Assembly (NCBI GenBank): GCA_000165345.1
Contig: CM000429.1
Coordinates: 160,001-224,000 of the forward strand
Direction of reading: 5' to 3'
Length of the DNA stretch: 64,000 nucleotides
The position numbers were made by a program, and so were the translations under genes. This document shows, in pieces, positions 10,601 through 19,674 of this stretch (position 1 is the first letter of the stretch; each line of letters starts with the position of its first letter). The notes beneath the pieces are model-generated. The model saw only the letters and a list, made by a program, of their open reading frames with translations, was not told the DNA's origin and did not search any database.

Positions 10601-11980
10601 TTCATATATCTTGATTATAGATTCATTATTGTTTTCTTACCAATATCTTATTTCTTTAATAAATTCAGAATTAGAGCTATGTTTGCTAATAGGCAACTCA
10701 AACGTATCTTTCATTCAAGAACATCTCCAATTCTAACATCTGTTTCTTATACAGTTGATGGTTTATCAATTCTAAGATGTTCCAAAAATGGACTTAAAAA
10801 TTTTTCAAAAAATGTTCAATATCTTATTGATTATGAATGTGCTCCTTGGAGATGTTATTGTTTAATACAAAGATGGCTTGGAATTCATATTGATATACTT
10901 GGAGCTTGTGTAATTTCTTCTCTTGGTATTTTTTGTATTTCAGCTAAAGGATTTGTTTCTGTTGGTGCTATTGCCATTGCCTTCCAATGTTCTGTATCTT
11001 TTACTCAATTAGTATTATGGATGATTAGAAATATATCAGAAACTGAAAATAACTTCCTTTCTTATGATAGAATTTCTGAACTTATTGGTATTTTACCACA
11101 AGAAGCTAATATTAGTGATGATGATGATGATAATGATTTAAATAAATCTTGTAATATTAAAGAAATCAATGAAAATGTTCAAGATTCAGATTCTTTACTT
11201 ATTAATATTGATCATCCCAATAAACCACTTTCTTTAGATTGGCCAACTAATGGAAATATTCTCTTTAAGAATGTTGTATTAAGATATAATCCAGATGAAC
11301 CTGCTATTCTTAATAACCTTAGCTTTTCAATTCAAGGAGGAAAGAAAGTTGGAATATGTGGAAGAACTGGTTCTGGTAAATCAACTCTTTTATCAGCTAT
11401 TCTTAGATTATATAGTATCCAAGAAGGAAGTATTCTTATTGATAATGTTGATATTTCTCAAATAAGTCTTAAAAAACTTAGATCACTCATAACCATTATT
11501 CCTCAAGAACCAAACATTCTTACAGGAACTTTAAGATATAATTTAGATCCATTTAATGAATACACATCTGAAGAAATTGATCAAGCTTTAGTAAACTCAA
11601 ATTCAAAATCATTCGTGGATTCTCTTCCTGATGGAATTAATACTCAAATGACAAATATTTCTAATAATATTTCTTTAGGACAAAAACAATTGATTTGTCT
11701 TGCAAGAGCCATACTTAGAAAGAGTAAGATAATTCTTCTTGATGAAGCCACATCTTCAATGGATATTGCCACAGATAATATTATTCAGAATATTATCAAA
11801 ACACATTTCTCTAGTTGTACAATCCTTTCAATTGCTCACAGAATTCATACAATTATTGACTATGATCTCATTATTGTTTTAGATAAGGGAAAAATTGTTG
11901 AATATGATTCTCCTCAAAACCTCTTATCTAATACTTCGTCCGTTTTCTATTCAATTGCAAATGAAGTTAATAAGCTTTAG
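7685..11980 (+). CDS. ABC transporter of the ABCC/MRP-like family, full-length with two TMD-NBD halves (1,431 aa).
   Basis: ATG at 7685 confirmed. NBD1 has Walker A GYVGSGKTT and signature LSGGQKQRVSLARAVY. NBD2 has Walker A GRTGSGKST and signature LGQKQLICLARAIL, followed by Walker B ILLDEATS. Both NBDs are ABCC-type, and multiple TM segments precede each. An Asn-rich linker separates the halves. Confidence 0.9.
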   Translation: MNDSELNENGIYSSKNFSKLNKQYIDIDTVNFENLGKYPKYHSFFKRGFLNTILFKWLSPIINSAEKGIIVNDSDINLADDDDDIQTEYIYFIRNWNEEFSKPEAVKSIQYSTFKVIFKTFYLRIINILLFKLIYDIIQMCRPWQIHGVLYWIGDPNGSKISGILKFLSIVICELISGSILQQYFRRSFSLSVMLKGVMNYSLTNKLIKLPKNVAIENISKCISLLSSESTYLLGTGNTLLAVPSMVLQNLLLLFSLYQFIGISAFIGYIIIVLSLFVNGLLINLTQSVRFKYISSLDKRISISTELVNSFKQIKCYAWEKYYIKNINEIRKEEIRHLGIWRFLNQFGLVLATLCVSLSPVISFGSFLYLNRKFPVDVIFTSLLIFESLQLTLVLLPTGISSLQKIINCYSRLSEVLLLKDIEPLQSILDKIEQENYAVKVNNVYFNYPTKNDILSSINFNIQKNQKVGIIGYVGSGKTTLIELILQELKPRLGTIQSNGSVFYCSQSSWIINGTVRSNIILDLPFDQAWYDIVINACSLVYDLKAMPNGDLTEIGENGINLSGGQKQRVSLARAVYQNTDILILDDVFSALDNVVSTSIFQKCIINLLKNKTVILATNKLDILSHLDQVIFINNTTLSYSGPPNQSFFSHPDFQDLLNSMYKVQNQINQIIDDVVTIEEIQDIEGILTESDISGQSCDIIPNTNNINNNKLSHPTIRISETITSIPKNEIELEKSNHGLSPSLPGSYNITSNSNPNLNQNIQTSPRISRRGSRVSLSALKDKYRRESQTLRNSLEQQMIETNKNDKSFKETAQLLDDHKSIKVKHVEFSKYIEYIRKFDPTILVISIIVIYSCTLSNIFSSAWITKWSSEFDKYGIAKGLIILTAISILQPILNLLFRAATIYLTTGVSQEIYNELLVKLSYSKLAFYESVPIGTILSRITSDIVVIDEMIPQNLTDFTYCFTRVTIYIGYFIYLDYRFIIVFLPISYFFNKFRIRAMFANRQLKRIFHSRTSPILTSVSYTVDGLSILRCSKNGLKNFSKNVQYLIDYECAPWRCYCLIQRWLGIHIDILGACVISSLGIFCISAKGFVSVGAIAIAFQCSVSFTQLVLWMIRNISETENNFLSYDRISELIGILPQEANISDDDDDNDLNKSCNIKEINENVQDSDSLLINIDHPNKPLSLDWPTNGNILFKNVVLRYNPDEPAILNNLSFSIQGGKKVGICGRTGSGKSTLLSAILRLYSIQEGSILIDNVDISQISLKKLRSLITIIPQEPNILTGTLRYNLDPFNEYTSEEIDQALVNSNSKSFVDSLPDGINTQMTNISNNISLGQKQLICLARAILRKSKIILLDEATSSMDIATDNIIQNIIKTHFSSCTILSIAHRIHTIIDYDLIIVLDKGKIVEYDSPQNLLSNTSSVFYSIANEVNKL

Positions 11981-12235
11981 TCCTCAAAACTGAGAGGATT
12001 TTTTATTTTTTTTTTTTTTAATGATTAGGAAGAAGAAATGAGTAATAAGTAATGATTCATGATCGAGGATTCAATATGAAAATGGAATCAAATTCCTAGA
12101 AAATGTTGGGATTTGAAAAACTTGAATTGACCAATTGAATATTTTTCTGTGGAACCGAATTACAAACTGTGTTGATTTTTCGTATTTTAGTTATTATTTG
12201 TATTTATTAAATTAGAATGTGTAATTCTTGTAAAA

Positions 12236-15200
12236 TCATTTTAAGTTAATAATTTTTGAGTCATAAAAATCACGAAAATACTGAATCTTTACCCCAAAGT
12301 CCATACTAAGGAGACAAATTTTCTCCAAACAATTGAGTCTTTTATTACAAGACAAAAGTTGATTATTATAATATGAATCAGCTTCTTTAAACTTTTCTTT
12401 AAGTAATTCATTATTTGACCTATATATATTCAACTCTTGGTCAATCAACTCTAATTTTTCTTGCAAATTCCGCCTCTCCAAACAAATAGTCTCTAATTCG
12501 GATTCATTTTCTGTATTCAAACGACTAATTTCTGTATACTCTTGTTTTAAATTCGATATAATCTCATCTTGATCAGTAATCTGTTGTTTTAATAAATCAA
12601 TTTCGTTATTTAATTCAATAGTTCTAGCAGATACAATCATTTCAACAAATTGTAACCAATCTAAAGGAATGCTGTTTTTGACAGCTAAATCCTTCAAAAA
12701 TGATGTTAATTTTTGATGAATATTCAATCCCAATCCTGAATTATCTCCAATTTCCATTAACTTACTTGAGACATACTCAGAAATGTCATCATGTTCTTGA
12801 TTTTCAGTATTTCCTTTTTGAATTTTCATCGTTTGAGATTCACTATACTCTTTTAAATATTGTCTTAAACCTTTCAACTGATCTGAAATCTCAGTAACTT
12901 TTTCTTCAACTTGATTATCATTAATATGTTCTTTCAATATATCAAAAAGACTGTTCCATAGTTCATCTGAAACCTGATAAATAAATCTAAAAGCATTAGA
13001 AACTTCCAATCCTGTGCTTAAAGTCTCAACAACTTTTTTAATGCCTTTTAATTTTTCTTTACTTTCAATGCTTACTGTAAAATTTCTAGGCTTATTTACT
13101 GCAGCATGTTTTTCAACTTTAATTAATGTTAACTGTGCTTTCAATTTTCCAATTTTCATTTGATAATCAGTTTTTTCATTTTGAAGAGCTTTTATATGTT
13201 TTTCTTGGTTTAATTTGATATTTTCTTCATATTTGGTCTTTTCTTCTTCCATAACAGCTAAAACAGTTTCTAACTTATTCTCCAATGCAACTTTATGAGC
13301 TTTTAATAGTTTATATTCTTCTCTCAAAATGTGTAAGCATGTAACTAACTTCCAAAACATTATTTCAATCTTAATTAGGGATGATGGGAAAGTTTGATCT
13401 TCATCTTTTTCTGCTTGTCCATAAATATTTGCATGATTAAGTGTTGTTATTTTTGAAATCATGCTAAGTTCCTTTTCGAAATCACCCTCCAAATCAAATT
13501 CTTGTGATTCCAATTTCTTAACCTGTTCAAAGAATTCATTTTGAGAAAAATCATTTTCCAAGGCTATTTCTATAAGTTTATTTGAACTTGTAATAAATGG
13601 AAGAAGATTAAATCCTTGGATTGAAATCCCTCCTTTTGAAGAATGATCACTGTATTTCTTTCTAAGTTCAGAATGAGATTTCAACTCAGAAATATCATCA
13701 TCATTTTCAATTGTATATTTGGCAAGCTTCTTCCAACGATTCATGACCACTAAAAATTCACTCATGATTGTCAAATCATTAATACCATCTTCTTTAAGAT
13801 AGTTAGATATATCCCAAAGATCTGAAACTTGAATAATTTCCTGAGAATCTATTTCAGTTTCTCCAAGAGGTTTATCTATACTTGCCATTAAATCCAAATT
13901 ACTTTCGTAATTTTCAGAAGAAACAATCAATTGCTGATTTTTTAGAGTATAAAGCTTTTTCTTAAGAAACTCAATACCTCTTTGTAATAACAACTTTTCA
14001 TGACTTAGATGTTGAACTTTTTCTTTAAGATGCTTTTTTTCATCATTACAAACAATTTTGCCATATACGCTCCCAAAAAGATCATTACTATTACAATAGC
14101 ATTGGTTTTCGTCTTTATACTGATGATCAAAATGATGATTGATTTTTTGATTTCCATCAGTATTTAAAATAATATCTTTAAGTTGATCAATTCGGTTACT
14201 TTTTAGCAAGGATTCACTAACAAGATCACAAACAATTTTCAAGCAATCATTGACGAGATGATTATTTTGGACTAAAACTTCAAACTCAAAATTGGAGCTT
14301 TTGCTTGCTTGATTTAATCCAACTTTATTAAGTCCTTTAGGGTATTCTTGATACTTATCCAAAATATGTTTAAGGTGCCCTAAGACTTCATCCATTCTCA
14401 TTCTTTCCATTTTATAGTTTAAATCAGATCTCTCGGACATAGTATTTTCACAAGAATCAGTAATCTTTTTCCACCAGTTTTCTGCTAATGTATATATTTT
14501 AACAAACTGGTCATTAATTTCTCTTAGCCTATCAAATTGAGGAGTAGACGATGAGACATCTACAACATACCTATATATCATGTACCTTAATCTCTTATTT
14601 TCTTTCTGGTAAGAAGAAATTTCATCATTAAGCGTTTTCTCGATTTCATCTCTTTTTTTATTTTCTTCATTAACAATTTCTTGTAGATATTTAAGTTGTT
14701 CAATTGTTTCACCTTTAATCTTTGTAGATAATTCCTCAAGAGAAAGATCACCGTTATGATAATCCTTGTATATTGAGCCAGACATTTGCAAATTTAAAGT
14801 TTGATTGTTTTGCATAGTTCTTAACATCATTTGAGAAGCTTTTTTCTCTTGAATAATTTTTTGTTTCCCTTCATTTTCTATTTCACGTATTTTTTCTTCA
14901 TAAGTTAGCTTTAATTGTTCTATTTTCTTTTCACAATCTTCTTCTATAGTTTTGATTCGATTCTCATAGTTTGCTCTTTCAATTGCTTGTTCTTCCTTAG
15001 TTCTTACCAATTGTCTCACACAGTATTCCAAAGAATGCCTTACTTTAGTAGTAAAATTCTCAATTTCATCAGGTAGGTTAATTTGATTAATTTCAGAGAA
15101 TTTATCATTTAAGCCTTCAAAAAAGTTATCAATACTTTGGACAAGTTTTACAGTTCTTTCATCCATATCCATAACTTCGTTGAATCTTTGAATTCGATCG

Positions 15201-15751
15201 TAATATACTCCTTCATCTCCTTTAAAATACCTTACTGCTTCAGTTGGAACTTCTGAGAGCTTATTTGGAGCTTTTGAATCATTTTCAAAGAGCCTAATTT
15301 GAGTCTTAGGAGATAGTTGAAGACTACCACCCACAATTAAAGTTTTTATTGACGAATCTCCCATTAGGAATTCTACAATGTGTTTAGACGGCGGAGGGAT
15401 AAATTCAAAGGAAGACTCATTCTTGAATGCGCAATGATAAAGAAAAAAGAAAATAATCACTGAGTTATATGCAGAACAAAGCTTATCATTCTTAATTCCT
15501 TCTTCATCAATCAATTTGGAATAGTCAATACTCAAAGTTCTAAAAATGGTTTCAATCTTTCTCCATGAATCAGATAAAGCATCAATCTCAGTCTTTGTAT
15601 TATTTAGGCTAGGCCAAACAATAAAACAAAACTTTAAAAGCACTGTTCCATCCGAAAAACTTTTCCAATTTAATTCCTCACCCAATAAACTGCTCCCCCA
15701 AGCTAATAATTCTTTTTTCCCAATTTGTATCAATTTTCTTCCTTCTGGCAT
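12236..15751 (-). CDS. Large coiled-coil protein (1,171 aa) with an N-terminal calponin-homology-like domain, possibly Hook/HkRP-like.
   Basis: ATG at 15751..15749 confirmed. The N-terminus (ELLAWGSSLLGEELNWKSFSDGTVLLKFCFIVWP) fits the LLxWxNxxL...DG..L CH/Hook-type fold. The rest is heptad-rich and E/K/Q/L-rich coiled coil. The family assignment is tentative. Confidence 0.7.
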   Translation of the reverse strand: MPEGRKLIQIGKKELLAWGSSLLGEELNWKSFSDGTVLLKFCFIVWPSLNNTKTEIDALSDSWRKIETIFRTLSIDYSKLIDEEGIKNDKLCSAYNSVIIFFFLYHCAFKNESSFEFIPPPSKHIVEFLMGDSSIKTLIVGGSLQLSPKTQIRLFENDSKAPNKLSEVPTEAVRYFKGDEGVYYDRIQRFNEVMDMDERTVKLVQSIDNFFEGLNDKFSEINQINLPDEIENFTTKVRHSLEYCVRQLVRTKEEQAIERANYENRIKTIEEDCEKKIEQLKLTYEEKIREIENEGKQKIIQEKKASQMMLRTMQNNQTLNLQMSGSIYKDYHNGDLSLEELSTKIKGETIEQLKYLQEIVNEENKKRDEIEKTLNDEISSYQKENKRLRYMIYRYVVDVSSSTPQFDRLREINDQFVKIYTLAENWWKKITDSCENTMSERSDLNYKMERMRMDEVLGHLKHILDKYQEYPKGLNKVGLNQASKSSNFEFEVLVQNNHLVNDCLKIVCDLVSESLLKSNRIDQLKDIILNTDGNQKINHHFDHQYKDENQCYCNSNDLFGSVYGKIVCNDEKKHLKEKVQHLSHEKLLLQRGIEFLKKKLYTLKNQQLIVSSENYESNLDLMASIDKPLGETEIDSQEIIQVSDLWDISNYLKEDGINDLTIMSEFLVVMNRWKKLAKYTIENDDDISELKSHSELRKKYSDHSSKGGISIQGFNLLPFITSSNKLIEIALENDFSQNEFFEQVKKLESQEFDLEGDFEKELSMISKITTLNHANIYGQAEKDEDQTFPSSLIKIEIMFWKLVTCLHILREEYKLLKAHKVALENKLETVLAVMEEEKTKYEENIKLNQEKHIKALQNEKTDYQMKIGKLKAQLTLIKVEKHAAVNKPRNFTVSIESKEKLKGIKKVVETLSTGLEVSNAFRFIYQVSDELWNSLFDILKEHINDNQVEEKVTEISDQLKGLRQYLKEYSESQTMKIQKGNTENQEHDDISEYVSSKLMEIGDNSGLGLNIHQKLTSFLKDLAVKNSIPLDWLQFVEMIVSARTIELNNEIDLLKQQITDQDEIISNLKQEYTEISRLNTENESELETICLERRNLQEKLELIDQELNIYRSNNELLKEKFKEADSYYNNQLLSCNKRLNCLEKICLLSMDFGVKIQYFRDFYDSKIINLK

Positions 15752-15900
15752 GATCTATCGAACCCAATAAATTATAAAAATTCTTAAATCATTACTAGCT
15801 CTTTTAATTAATTAATTAATGCGTGTTTTTTTTGTAAATCTATTATCTAAGAAAATTCTTGCAATAATTAAAATAAAAATTATACACGTCATTAACAATT

Positions 15901-15950
15901 TGCATGTTCCCGCCTAAAAGCCATGTGGCCAATGCATGCAATACCGGTAC
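15901..15950. promoter_or_regulatory. Promoter motif cluster for the divergent coiled-coil and HAD genes: TGCATGTTCCCGCCTAAAAG (E2F-like on the minus strand) and AATGCATGCAATACCGGTAC (composite GCATGCA + ACCGGTA).
   Basis: Motif matches. A CCAAT box (ggccaatgc) is also present. Confidence 0.5.
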
Positions 15951-16202
15951 TTAAAGTGATTTGCAAAGCTTGCAAATGAATACATGTAAATAAGCATAAT
16001 TGTCTGCATGTATTTAGGATGTGCCTTTTTTGATGTTTTTTTTCCGGGAAAAATTTGTATACTTCCACTTTATATTAAAAAAAAATGTAAATTAATAGGT
16101 TTGGAACAAAATGAAAAATTATATAAAAAAAAGAATGAAATGAGAATGAGAAAGAAATTAGTAAGAATTGACTGATTCTAAGAAATTTACAGGATTAATG
16201 AG

Positions 16203-16838
16203 ATGTTTAGTTCCCATGAACTTGTAAATGTTCCAAATAAAAAAAAAAGAATAGAAGGTTTGTTAGGGGGTGAAACAACTTTAATTATTGTGGATTGGGA
16301 TGACACTCTGTTGCCAACAACATATCTTTCATGTAATAAGCAATTAGATTTAAAAAATACTAATTTTGGGAGAATAGTGGCAGATTTTTTAAAAAAAGCT
16401 ACAGAACTTGGACGAGTTGTAATAATAACAAATGCAGAACCAAGATGGGTTTATGAAACTTCAGAATTATATCTTCCAGAAATATTGTGTTTTTTGAGAG
16501 TAATTCCAATTTGCTCTGCCAGACAATTTGCACAAGCTGGCCCAAATGATTTAAAATATTGGAAATATAGAGCTTTTAATTGTGTAATACAACAATTTAG
16601 TAATAGTTTTCAAGGTATAGCAAATATAATCAGTATTGGAGATAGCCAATGGGATAGGGATGCAGTATTCAATGTATTTGAAAACAATAAAAACATAAAA
16701 ATCATACCAAAGGCAGTAAAATTTCTAGGATCACCAAGTTTTGAAGCGTTAGGGGAAGAAATATTAATATTAACATCAAAGTTAGAGGAAATAGTGATGA
16801 TTGATGGAGCGAATATATATGAAATGGAAAAGTGGTAG
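16203..16838 (+). CDS. HAD-superfamily hydrolase/phosphatase-like protein of 211 aa.
   Basis: ATG at 16203 confirmed. HAD motif I (DxDxT) is present as IIVDWDDTLLP near the N-terminus. The overall size fits small HAD phosphatases. Specific subfamily is unknown. Confidence 0.55.
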   Translation: MFSSHELVNVPNKKKRIEGLLGGETTLIIVDWDDTLLPTTYLSCNKQLDLKNTNFGRIVADFLKKATELGRVVIITNAEPRWVYETSELYLPEILCFLRVIPICSARQFAQAGPNDLKYWKYRAFNCVIQQFSNSFQGIANIISIGDSQWDRDAVFNVFENNKNIKIIPKAVKFLGSPSFEALGEEILILTSKLEEIVMIDGANIYEMEKW

Positions 16839-16960
16839 GGAAAAAATAAGTTAAACATTCAATAAAAACAATTCTATTAATAATTAATGGATTGAATTTA
16901 AAACAATGTTATGGATTATATTAAAAAAAAAGGTGTTTGCTGATGAGGAATTAAATATAA

Positions 16961-17998
16961 TTACATTTCAAACTTTTCATTGGAAATTGAACTAGGATTT
17001 TCTATGGATGAGCTATAAAATTCAAAGTATTTATCAAAATCTCCAGACTCATTTATTTGTTCATTCTTCCGTGCTCTAATTGGAATCTTAGTTAATTCTA
17101 TTTTATATATTCTTGGCCACCTCTTACCAGTAACAAAAAGAACTGGGCCATTTAAGTTGGAAATCTTCTTTTCTTGATAGCTTGGATGATATGCAATTCC
17201 ATTAAGTACATCGTTAAGAATATCAAAGTGTTCTAATAACGTGCTTTTGCTTGGATCATAAATTGATTTCAGATTTGCAATTGATATACATTCACCTGTT
17301 TCAGGACTAAATTCAACAATCATTTGCGATTGGAATATATTTCCCCAAATAGTTTTTGTTTCTGGAATATATTCCATTTCATTTACAAAATGCATGGGCT
17401 TTCCAAGACATCTCAACATTATTACCTTTTTAATTGTGACTTTATTATCTGAAGAATCAAAATCTGGAACATTAAGCTCAAAAAGTTGATCAGAACCAGA
17501 TGTAGCCCATATTCTTGATTCATTATCTGATGTGAGACCCCATCCTGTTAATGGTATTGAATAACGTTTCACTACTGAAAGATCAAGAGAATATCCAAAC
17601 ATTACTCTACTTGTCCAAGTTAACTGGTATATATGGCCATTCAAAGTTGCAATTCCTTCACCCCAGTTCCTCTTTGGTAAAATCTTGTGTTGAAGATTCT
17701 TCATACTTGGGAATTCAATCAGTTTAATAAAACTTCCTTCAATTAATCCTGCACTTTCTATAAGAATTGTCGAATTTAGAAACATTAAACCTTGGGTGAA
17801 TGGATTTTTGTTATATTTATAAGATGAATCATTTTCAGAAAAAATATGATTTTCTGGTATATGGTAGTGGGGGAATTCTTGTAATATTTTCACGCTGTAA
17901 ATATTTGGCAACTGAACTGAATGTAATGAATCCTGGGATAAAGAAAAGTTCCATTTAATTATTAAGCATGAGAATAAGAATAGTCCCAACAAAAACAT
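16961..17998 (-). CDS. Glutaminyl-peptide cyclotransferase of the plant/bacterial beta-propeller type, with an N-terminal signal anchor.
   Basis: The ORF-track start at 18040 is a GTG; the first ATG is at 17998..17996, giving MFLLGLFLFSCLIIKW as a hydrophobic signal/TM segment. Blocks TQGLMFLNSTILIESAGLIEGS, GEGIATLNGHIYQLTW, TGWGLTSDNESRIWATSGSD and VNEMEYIPETKTIWGNIFQSQMIVEFSPETGE match the conserved glutamine-cyclotransferase (PF05096-type) motifs FTQGL..ESTGLYG, GEGIT...LYQLTW, GWGLT.DG..L..SDGS and NELE...G.IWANVW..D.I..IDP.TG. Confidence 0.75.
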   Translation of the reverse strand: MFLLGLFLFSCLIIKWNFSLSQDSLHSVQLPNIYSVKILQEFPHYHIPENHIFSENDSSYKYNKNPFTQGLMFLNSTILIESAGLIEGSFIKLIEFPSMKNLQHKILPKRNWGEGIATLNGHIYQLTWTSRVMFGYSLDLSVVKRYSIPLTGWGLTSDNESRIWATSGSDQLFELNVPDFDSSDNKVTIKKVIMLRCLGKPMHFVNEMEYIPETKTIWGNIFQSQMIVEFSPETGECISIANLKSIYDPSKSTLLEHFDILNDVLNGIAYHPSYQEKKISNLNGPVLFVTGKRWPRIYKIELTKIPIRARKNEQINESGDFDKYFEFYSSSIENPSSISNEKFEM

Positions 17999-18362
17999 AA
18001 TATTTTCAATATTAAAGCGTGTTATCTTTTCAATTTTCACCTCAAAAACTCTTCAAAAATTAAATTTTATAATAAAATGGAATATCATTAATTCGCATTA
18101 CGAGGTATTGCCGGGCAATCAAAATTTAAATATATATAACTGTAATTCTGTAATACATGTAAATACGTAAGCGATCAATTAAAAAAAAAAAAAAAAAGAA
18201 GTTAAAGAAAAAGTTAATTTAATAAGAATCTTAAAAAAGTTGATAAATATAATAATTTATAATACTGAAGTCAATTTGTCCAGTTTATTTCTCTTTATAA
18301 TTAATAAAAAAAAATGAGTTAATTTATTTGCCCATGAAGAATATTTAAATTTATTTAACAAC

Positions 18363-18968
18363 TTACTTTGCGAGAACTTGTATTGCAAAAGATATTGAAA
18401 TACAATGTTGGAGATATATTTGGTTTGTTGGATCAATATGATTCACTTTCAAAAAATGAGAGAATATGAGAGAATTATCATTTTCGTTTTCACTTTTGAT
18501 CATTGAATTAATTAATGCATTGATATCCAAAATATTAAGACATAATGTACATACATCCTAAGATCAAAAAAAGAATAACATTCGAGAGTATTAAATGTTA
18601 ATTTAACTCAATATAGCATTGAATTTTAAAACTTACCATTGGTTGCTTCAAAGTAATTTTCTTTGTTTCTGGATAATATTCAAAGTTTTCCCAATAAAAT
18701 AAAGAACTGCATTTGGAATCACATACATCACATTTCTTGAATTCAAACAATTAAAATAAATACCTCAAATTAAATTCTCATAAAAAAAACTTACCTTTTT
18801 CAATGAATCAGAACCAGCTTTTAAAGTACATTTTCCGTTCTTTGAAGTATCTATCTTTCCAATCTTTGGAACTGGTGCAAGCTTACAAGCATAAGCTACT
18901 AACCTTTCTTTTAGCATGGAAATTTGGGACTCAATACTTCCATTTGAATTCTCTAAAATATTTGACAT
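18363..18968 (-). CDS. Small Cys-containing hypothetical protein of about 155 aa, modelled as three exons: complement(join(18363..18557,18637..18735,18795..18968)).
   Basis: ORF 18795..18968 (ATG confirmed) ends at AAAAAG|GTAAGT. A 59-nt intron leads to a 99-nt stop-free exon reading KCDVCDSKCSSLFYWENFEYYPETKKITLKQPM, which ends at CAATG|GTAAGT. A 79-nt intron ending tttttttgatcttag| leads to a terminal exon reading DVCTLCLNILDINALINSMIKSENENDNSLIFSHFLKVNHIDPTNQIYLQHCISISFAIQVLAK. All junctions are phase 0. Function is unknown. The third exon is the least certain. Confidence 0.45.
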
Positions 18969-19126
18969 TGGCCTGTTATTTTAAAAGAAGCAGAATTTCA
19001 AAAACACAAACAAAGGACTTCAAATTCAAAGTTTGAGAGAAATTCTATTTTTAAAATATGTATATACTATTTTCTTTTATCTTATTTTTTCTGAATTGAC
19101 TATAAATCTAAATTTGGCTGAAAACA

Positions 19127-19140
19127 TTTTGGCGGGAAAA
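19127..19140 (+). promoter_or_regulatory. E2F-like box TTTTGGCGGGAAAA in the promoter region shared by the ASH2-like gene and the small Cys-protein gene.
   Basis: This is an exact match to the Cryptosporidium-type E2F consensus TTTGGCGGGAAA. It lies about 535 nt upstream of the ATG at 19675. Confidence 0.55.
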
Positions 19141-19674
19141 CTACTTACTCCAAAATAGTCAAGTGGGAAAAATTTCATGTAATCTAAAATAGTAAACAAT
19201 AACAAAAGTGTATTCTTTTTATGAATTGAAAGTTTAATATGAAGACTAATAATGAAGCATTTAAAGATTTTGATCTAGTTTAACTTATTAAATAAGTACT
19301 ATTGAATTATATTTATGTAAGACATTGCTAAACTCTCAAGAATCGTGAAATATTAATTAATGAGTATGCTCAAAGGAGAAAACTATAATTGGATATCATA
19401 TTGAAATACAGGTTTTTTTAAAAAAACTTAACTTTATTCAAGAAAGCTGAAATGATAGAATAACATTCCGTTTTTAGTCACTATATATAAACATAAGAGG
19501 AGAATGGCGGTAAAGTAAGGGAAGCAAATAGAATATAGTGTAAAGGGAAATGAACAAAAAAAAAGGCTGTGGCATGCAAATTGATCCAAAGAGCAAAAAT
19601 AATTGAGTCAACTAAATTAAAGAATTTATGTGTTCTAAAGGTGTTTTTACCATTCACGTCGGAACCTGATTAAA

